DNA from: Octopus sinensis
Lineage: Eukaryota
NCBI RefSeq assembly: GCF_006345805.1
Contig: NC_042998.1
Coordinates: 180,854,001-180,918,000, forward strand
Direction: 5' to 3'
Length of the DNA stretch: 64,000 nucleotides
Shown: in pieces, positions 58,153-64,000 of the stretch
Layout of the letters: each line of letters starts with the position of its first letter
Position numbering within the stretch: the stretch's first letter is position 1
Position numbers and translations under genes: made by a program
The notes under the pieces: generated by a model
What the model was told of the DNA's origin: nothing
Databases searched by the model: none
Seen by the model: the letters and a program-made list of their open reading frames with translations, nothing else

Positions 58153-58168
58153 GATGATGATGATGATA
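57825..58168. repeat. (GAT)n trinucleotide tract with GAC/GGT variants
   Basis: Directly visible; source of the poly-M/H/I/S ORFs. Confidence 0.97.
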
Positions 58169-58279
58169 ACAATTAACAATCCTCAAAAGCAATGAAAGAA
58201 AAATATGTTTTAATGTGAGCCATCTCAAGAAACTGAAACATTTTTCTTGTATGGAGTATAAATATATAAAAAATAGCTT

Positions 58280-58365
58280 CCCTCAGCTGCAGAAAACTGT
58301 GTTATTAGGGACAGCTAAGATACTTAGGAGGGTTCTTGGCATCAAAGATTACTTGTTGTAGCCCT
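58280..58365 (+). mobile_element. R4/Dong-like LINE extreme 3' end
   Basis: PQLQKTVLLGTAKILRRVLG. Confidence 0.7.
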
Positions 58366-58440
58366 ATGTTAGGATTTTTTTTCTTTTCAACAGTTTAATC
58401 TGTTGTGTGTATATTAATATTATTAATATCATTGTTATTA

Positions 58441-58502
<62 letters not shown>

Positions 58503-58509
58503 GTATGAC

Positions 58510-58780
58510 ATGTCAGTAAAAAAGGTGGTAGTGGTACCAAAAATTGTCGGAGCCCTGGGAACAGTGAGTAAAAATGTCGAGAAGTACATGGAGCAAATAG
58601 GGGCTGCAATAAGGGTAGAGCACTTGCAGAAAACAGCACTGCTTGGAACCGCTCGAATACACCGGAAGGTGCTCGAAATTTAAGAGGTGTTACCTTAGTT
58701 CAGTGGTAGTAAACAGCTGACACCGTAGTACATCTCCGCCGTTAGAAGCTGTGCAAACGCAATAATAACAACGACAACAA
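58510..58780 (+). mobile_element. Second R4/Dong-like LINE 3' end plus UTR, running into (AAT)n
   Basis: KKVVVVPKIVGALGTV..LQKTALLGTARIHRKVLEI*. Confidence 0.8.
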
Positions 58781-58811
58781 CAATAATAGTAGTAATAATA
58801 ATAATAATAAT

Positions 58812-58871
<60 letters not shown>

Positions 58872-58874
58872 CCT

Positions 58875-59065
58875 TTCTACTAAAGGCAAAACCCTAACAT
58901 TCAGAGGGAGTGGGCCAAATCCATTATATCGACCACAGTACTCGACTGTTACGTATTTTATTGACCCCGAAGCATGGAAGGCAAAGTCGGCCTCGGCGGT
59001 ATTCGTACTCAGAACGTAAAGACAGATGCAAAGCCGCTATTCATTTTTCCGATATGCCAGAAAAT
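58875..59065 (-). mobile_element. Diverged SINE family A copy
   Basis: GACCCCGAAG..GGCAAAGTCGGCCTCGGCGG..ACTCAGAACGTAAAGACAG. Confidence 0.7.
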
Positions 59066-59915
59066 ATTAAACATGACTAGTAACTGAGAACGGTTACATT
59101 TTAGAGAGGGCATTAATATATATATCCGGTGCTAGTTTAGTTGCGAGGATTAAAATGCGGAGAGAACATACAACAGATAAAAAAGACTTTTATAGATTTG
59201 GCTCAATAGGGCTTCAAGTTGTTTACTCACAATAAATTTTAAAAGGAAGAAATTAGAACAAATTAAGGAAATAATCAAGGTATAGAAAATAAAACGATAC
59301 GTTATATAGAAATCTGAAGCAAAGAAAACATTAAACGAGAATTCTAAAGAATTTTCAGTCGACCGTGTTGGCCTTTATTTTCAGGATCAATATCCCTTAG
59401 AAGGAAATGGATGCAGTAAGGCATATATAACCATTTACCTTTATCTCATTCGAGCTGAAATGGTGTGCAATTTATTTTCATTATCGCAGAGACTTCTTTC
59501 TGAAGGGGTTACTGTTTGTTTCTAAGAACTTGACAAAAGAGGAATTTAGCAGAGATTTTAGAGACGAAATGAAAGGATAATTTATTTTCCTTTCCTTGGT
59601 ATATTCCACAGTATCGATTTTGCATGGCTTCATCTAAAATTTATAGAGGGACACAAATCCGGATCATCATGAGGTTGAGGTATACCTCTTTTTTCTCTTT
59701 GACTCTCATCATTTCACTTATGTAAATGCTATCCAAGTAAGCACATATGTGACGAAGCAAAATTGGATTTCTTGAATTGTTTTTAATAAAATACACACGT
59801 AACACACACATCTACACATGCTTACATACATATATTCATAAGTACATATATACATACACACACATATGTGTATGTGTGTGTATGTATATATGTATGTATG
59901 TATATATATGTATGA

Positions 59916-59950
<35 letters not shown>

Positions 59951-59968
59951 TGTATGTATATATACACA

Positions 59969-60030
<62 letters not shown>

Positions 60031-60759
60031 TATTTACATTTCCCTTTTACTTCCCTGGTACCTTACTCTATGTCCCTTTCCTTTCTTTTTCTCTCTTTCT
60101 CGTCCCTCCCTAATTCTTCAATCCCTCTGCCCCCTATCTCTCTCCTCTCCTTCCACGTGACCAGTGTTCCTCCAAACCTGACCTCTTTCTTGGTTCGACT
60201 ATCATCTGTGCAACATCTATATTCCTTTCCATGACTTTCATCGCTTATGTTCCTGCCGTAAGACTTCACTCCACACACGCCAGCGTAATTTAATTCGTCC
60301 CTAGTCGAAAGACACCTGTTGCTAATGTCTTGTTGTTTGTATTTGTAACTGTGTAAGTTTCCTCCGATTTATTTCATCCTTGTTTACGTATACATTCGCT
60401 TGCTTTCTTCCAATGAATCTAGTGCTCTTAGCTTAGATTTTCTTGGGGACGGCCAGATTGGAGCAGTCTCGAGTGTGACACCCACAAAGCTAAAGCCTTG
60501 TGGACAGCTCGTCAGACTCTATATGAATACAAAATTTAAAACTACCTACGTCGCTGATGTGAGGAAACGCTCAGAATTAGAGGAATACGAAAAGCATTAA
60601 TGAGTACGGGTTATTTCCCCTTAAACAGAGGGGGAAAAATTGTTATATACTCGGAGAAGCTCAATGATCAAACGGGAAGTTCCAATTTACTAGTAAATAA
60701 CGCTTGAAGTTGATACATTTAGAAAATATTCCTTTACGGTTGTTTAATGCACCAGGCCT

Positions 60760-61875
60760 CTTAAAATCCTAAAGAATCTTGGCTCTCTCCGCGATACAAA
60801 TCTTGCAACGGCCACTTCCATTTATATACGGGGTCCCTTGATGTTTGAGGTGCCAAACGTGGCGAGCCAGGGACGTGACAAACCATCTTTCCAGGATTCT
60901 GAAGGATGACTGGTGGTCAAGAAAACGTTTCTTGAACGAAGTACTCGCTGAACCAATATATTTGTAAGCATGGGATGTGGACCTATTCGCACTCCCAGTA
61001 ATATATGGCGCGGGGCTGGTCATCTCATCGGTGTCGGAGATGAATGTTTGGTCTTCATAAGAAGTGGCGGAACTGGGAATAGAAGACATCTCGTCTAAGA
61101 CCTTGGTTCTGGATAGGCCATTATTTCCAGGTGCATCGTTTTTACTGGTGACTCTGTCTGCATCTATGGTTTGTTCGTTATCCGTGGCGGTGATATCGGG
61201 ATCTTCGGTGACGCTCTCTGTCATACTGGTCCTGGCTTGGTTATTTTCTCTGGATAAATTGCGGCGAGCTGGCAGAAACGTTAGCACGCCGGACGAAATG
61301 CTTAGCAGTATTTCGTCTGCCGTTACGTTCCGAGTTCAAATTCCGCCGAGACCGACTTTGCCTTTCATCCTTTCGGGGTCGATAAATTAAGTACCAGTTA
61401 CGCACTGGGGTCAATATAATCGACGTAATCCGTTTGTCTGTCCTTGCTTGTCCTCTCTGTGTTTAGCCCCTTGTGGGTAGTAAAGAAATAGGTTATTATC
61501 TCTGGACGTGGCAACTGTATTGGCGTGAAACGTGGTTAATCTGTTGTTCGATGTTACATTACTGTCATTACGGATATTAGGTCTAAGCATCTCCATAGCC
61601 TCATACATGACCCCTTTAGCCTCGCATCAACCTCCTACTCGACGTTTATTAAATACCTTGCAAGAGCAACCTGCCTCTTCTCTTATATTGTGGATACTTA
61701 ATAAAATGTATTTATGTTAGGTGACACAACCCAAAGGAGACTCTTAGGTTGTGCCTGTTAAATATATTCCTGTATTTATGTGTTTGCGTAAAATATTTGT
61801 CTATTAATCCAAGGAAAATCTTTCCTACACAGGTCTTAACGTTGAGTGGGAAGGGCGGGGCAAACCAAATGACAT
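60760..61875 (-). mobile_element. Penelope-like element (family 2): thumb/linker region plus split GIY-YIG, interrupted by a SINE
   Basis: [41 protein letters not shown]; CSC..GG*CEAKGVMYEA; YKYIGSASTSFKKRFLDHQSSF..SLARHVWHLK..RCKICIAERAKIL. Confidence 0.8.
61255..61490 (+). mobile_element. Full-length SINE family A with 16-bp TSD
   Basis: TSD GGTTATT(T/A)TCTCTGGA at 61239-61254 and 61491-61506. Confidence 0.9.
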
Positions 61876-61905
61876 TTATATATATATATATACACACACA
61901 TATAT

Positions 61906-62071
<166 letters not shown>

Positions 62072-62315
62072 ATATCTCTGTCGTTTCACGTGAAGCGATA
62101 AGTGACAGGACTCAATACAGATGTAGAATATTCTTTACCACATTATAATGGAGGGGCTCCGATTTTCAGTTCACAGAGTTACTCGTTTCCCATCATCAGC
62201 TGGTAAACCGAGACTGCTTTTGTCTTGAAATATTCCCTGTATGACAATATTTTGAAATATGGAATGAAGCGCTTATCTTTATCATGGAGTTTATGATATT
62301 TGTAATAATATTACC

Positions 62316-63102
62316 TATTTCGTTACTACCCACAATGGGCTAAACACAAAGAGAACAAACAAGGACAGGCAAATGGATTAAGTCGATTACATCGGCCCCG
62401 GTGCGTAACTGGTACTTATTTAATCGACCCCGAAAGGATTAAAGGCAAAGTCGACCTCGGTAGAATTTGAACTAGGAACGTAGCGGCAGACGAAATACTT
62501 ATGTTTACTACCCACAAGGGGCTAAACACAGAGAGGACAAACAATGACAGACAAACGGATTAAGTCGATTACATCGACTCCAGTGCGTAACTGGTACTTA
62601 ATTTATCGATCCCGAAAGGGTGAAAGGCAAAGTCGACCTCAGCGGAATTTGAACTCAGAACGTAACGGCAGACGAAATATATTTCTATTTCTTTACTACC
62701 CACAAGGGGCTAAACACAGAGGGGACAAACAAGTACAGACAAACGGATTAAGTCGACTACATCGACCCCAGTGCATAACTGGTACTTAATTTATCGACCC
62801 CGAAAGGATGAAAGGCGAAGTCGACCTCGGCGGAATTTGAACTCAGAACGTAGCGGCAGATGAAATTCATATATCTTTACTACCCACAAGGGGCTAAACT
62901 CAGAGAGGACAAACAATGACAGACAAACGGATTAAGTCGATTACATCGACTACAGTGCGTAACTGGTACTTAATTTATCGACCCCGAAAGGGTGAAAGGC
63001 AAAGTCGACCTCGGCGGAATTTGAACTTAGAACGTAACGGCAGACGAAATACCGCTAAGCATTTCGCCCAGCGTGCTAACGATTCTGCCAGCTCGCCGCC
63101 TT
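62316..63102 (-). mobile_element. SINE family A tetramer with one 15-bp TSD
   Basis: One full unit plus three head-truncated units of about 180 bp; TGTAATAATATTACC at 62301-62315 and 63106-63120. Confidence 0.92.
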
Positions 63103-63382
63103 ATCTGTAATAATATTACCACGAGAACCAGAAAAGAAAATCAGAAGCGTGATTTTGAAGAAGCCGTTTTTCGCACGTGTCGTTCATAAAGGTTTTCAAA
63201 CGGAAAAACATAAAGATAAGTGTTCTCTTCAGATTTTCATTCCATATTTCAAAAAATATTCAGACAAAGAATAATTCTAAAGAAAACCAGGCTCAGTTTG
63301 CCAGGTGATGATCGGTAATGAGTAACTCAGCGTACTGGAAATGGGAACCGTTCAGTTATGTAACTGTTATTCTTTTCCATAT

Positions 63383-63776
63383 GGGATGGGATGGAAGCAC
63401 TCCGTCGGTTACGACGACGAGGGTTCCGGTTGATCCGAATCAACGGAACAGCCTGCTCGTGAAATTAACGTGTAAGTGGCTCAGCACTCCACAGACACGT
63501 GTACCCTTAACGTAGTTCTCGAGGATATTCAGCGTGACACAGAGAGTGACAAGGCCGGCCCTTTGAAATACAGGTACAACAGAAACAGGAAGTAAGAGTG
63601 AGAGAAAGTTGTGGTGAAAGAGTACAGCAGGGATCACCACCATCCCCTGCCGGAGCCTCGTGGAGCTTTAGGTGTTTTCGCTCAATAAACACTCACAACG
63701 CCCGGTCTGGGAATCGAAACCGCGATCCTTTGACCGCGAGTCCGCTGCCCTAACCACTGGGCCATTGCGCCTCCAC
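63383..63776 (-). mobile_element. Full-length tRNA-derived SINE with tail X
   Basis: Near-identical to 57093-57479; imperfect TSD TCTTTTC(CA/TG)TAT. Confidence 0.9.
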
Positions 63777-64000
63777 GTCTTTTCTGTATAGTCAACTTTG
63801 GTACAAAGAGTAATTTTTCCCCAAAAGGCAAATAGAATAAAGTAAACAAATAAGTATTTGAAGTGCTTATAATTTTTTAGTGGCCACATGAAAATATTAT
63901 CCGCTATTTAGAAACAAATATAATAACCGATTTTTCACTATTAGTGTACTTTAACTTAAGCAAATTATATCACACTCTTAAACTTGATAATGATAATGGT

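Noticed and set aside
61627-61629. In-frame TGA next to Cys in the PLE linker as possible selenocysteine
   Set aside because: The adjacent Cys codon is intact, so the TGA occupies the preceding non-Cys position; CGA-to-TGA decay is simpler and no SECIS was identified.
62185-62205. CTGATGATGGGAAAC on the minus strand
   Set aside because: No room for stem II.
62316-63102. Regularly repeated units suggesting a CRISPR array or satellite
   Set aside because: Units are about 180-bp SINE bodies with no unique spacers, in eukaryotic context.
63700-63776. tRNA-like sequence as a real tRNA gene (also 57410-57479, 46520-46584, 21568-21627)
   Set aside because: No complete acceptor stem seen; each continues into a repeated SINE body, some with TSDs.

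Overview
AT-rich eukaryotic non-coding DNA, dense in microsatellites and decayed transposons. No host protein-coding gene can be supported, and most supplied ORFs are (TA)n/(CA)n/(GAT)n artefacts. The repeat set resembles a coleoid cephalopod such as Octopus (inference, not verified). Identified elements: a 5'-truncated CR1/L2-group LINE with a nearly intact RT (38.5-40.0 kb); fragments of R4/Dong-like, RTE-like and L1/Tx1-like LINEs; Tc1/mariner remnants; two non-autonomous Helitrons; several tRNA-derived SINE families; and many Penelope-like (PLE) remnants with GIY-YIG pieces and minimal hammerhead (HHR) motifs. The main pattern is repeated fold-back cassettes. In three cases (16.3-18.1, 23.8-25.2, 25.8-26.7 kb) a homologous truncated GIY-YIG 3' end plus a 3' UTR with an HHR-like motif is preceded by an inverted copy of its own distal 3' UTR, and that UTR differs in each case. 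Related fold-backs include an HHR-only pair and a tRNA-headed, HHR-tailed SINE-like unit. Also notable: a GIY-YIG split by about 128 in-frame residues, a TSD-flanked SINE tetramer, and two SINE/LINE pairs with shared 3' tails. All alignments and folds were done by eye; coordinates are approximate to a few bases.
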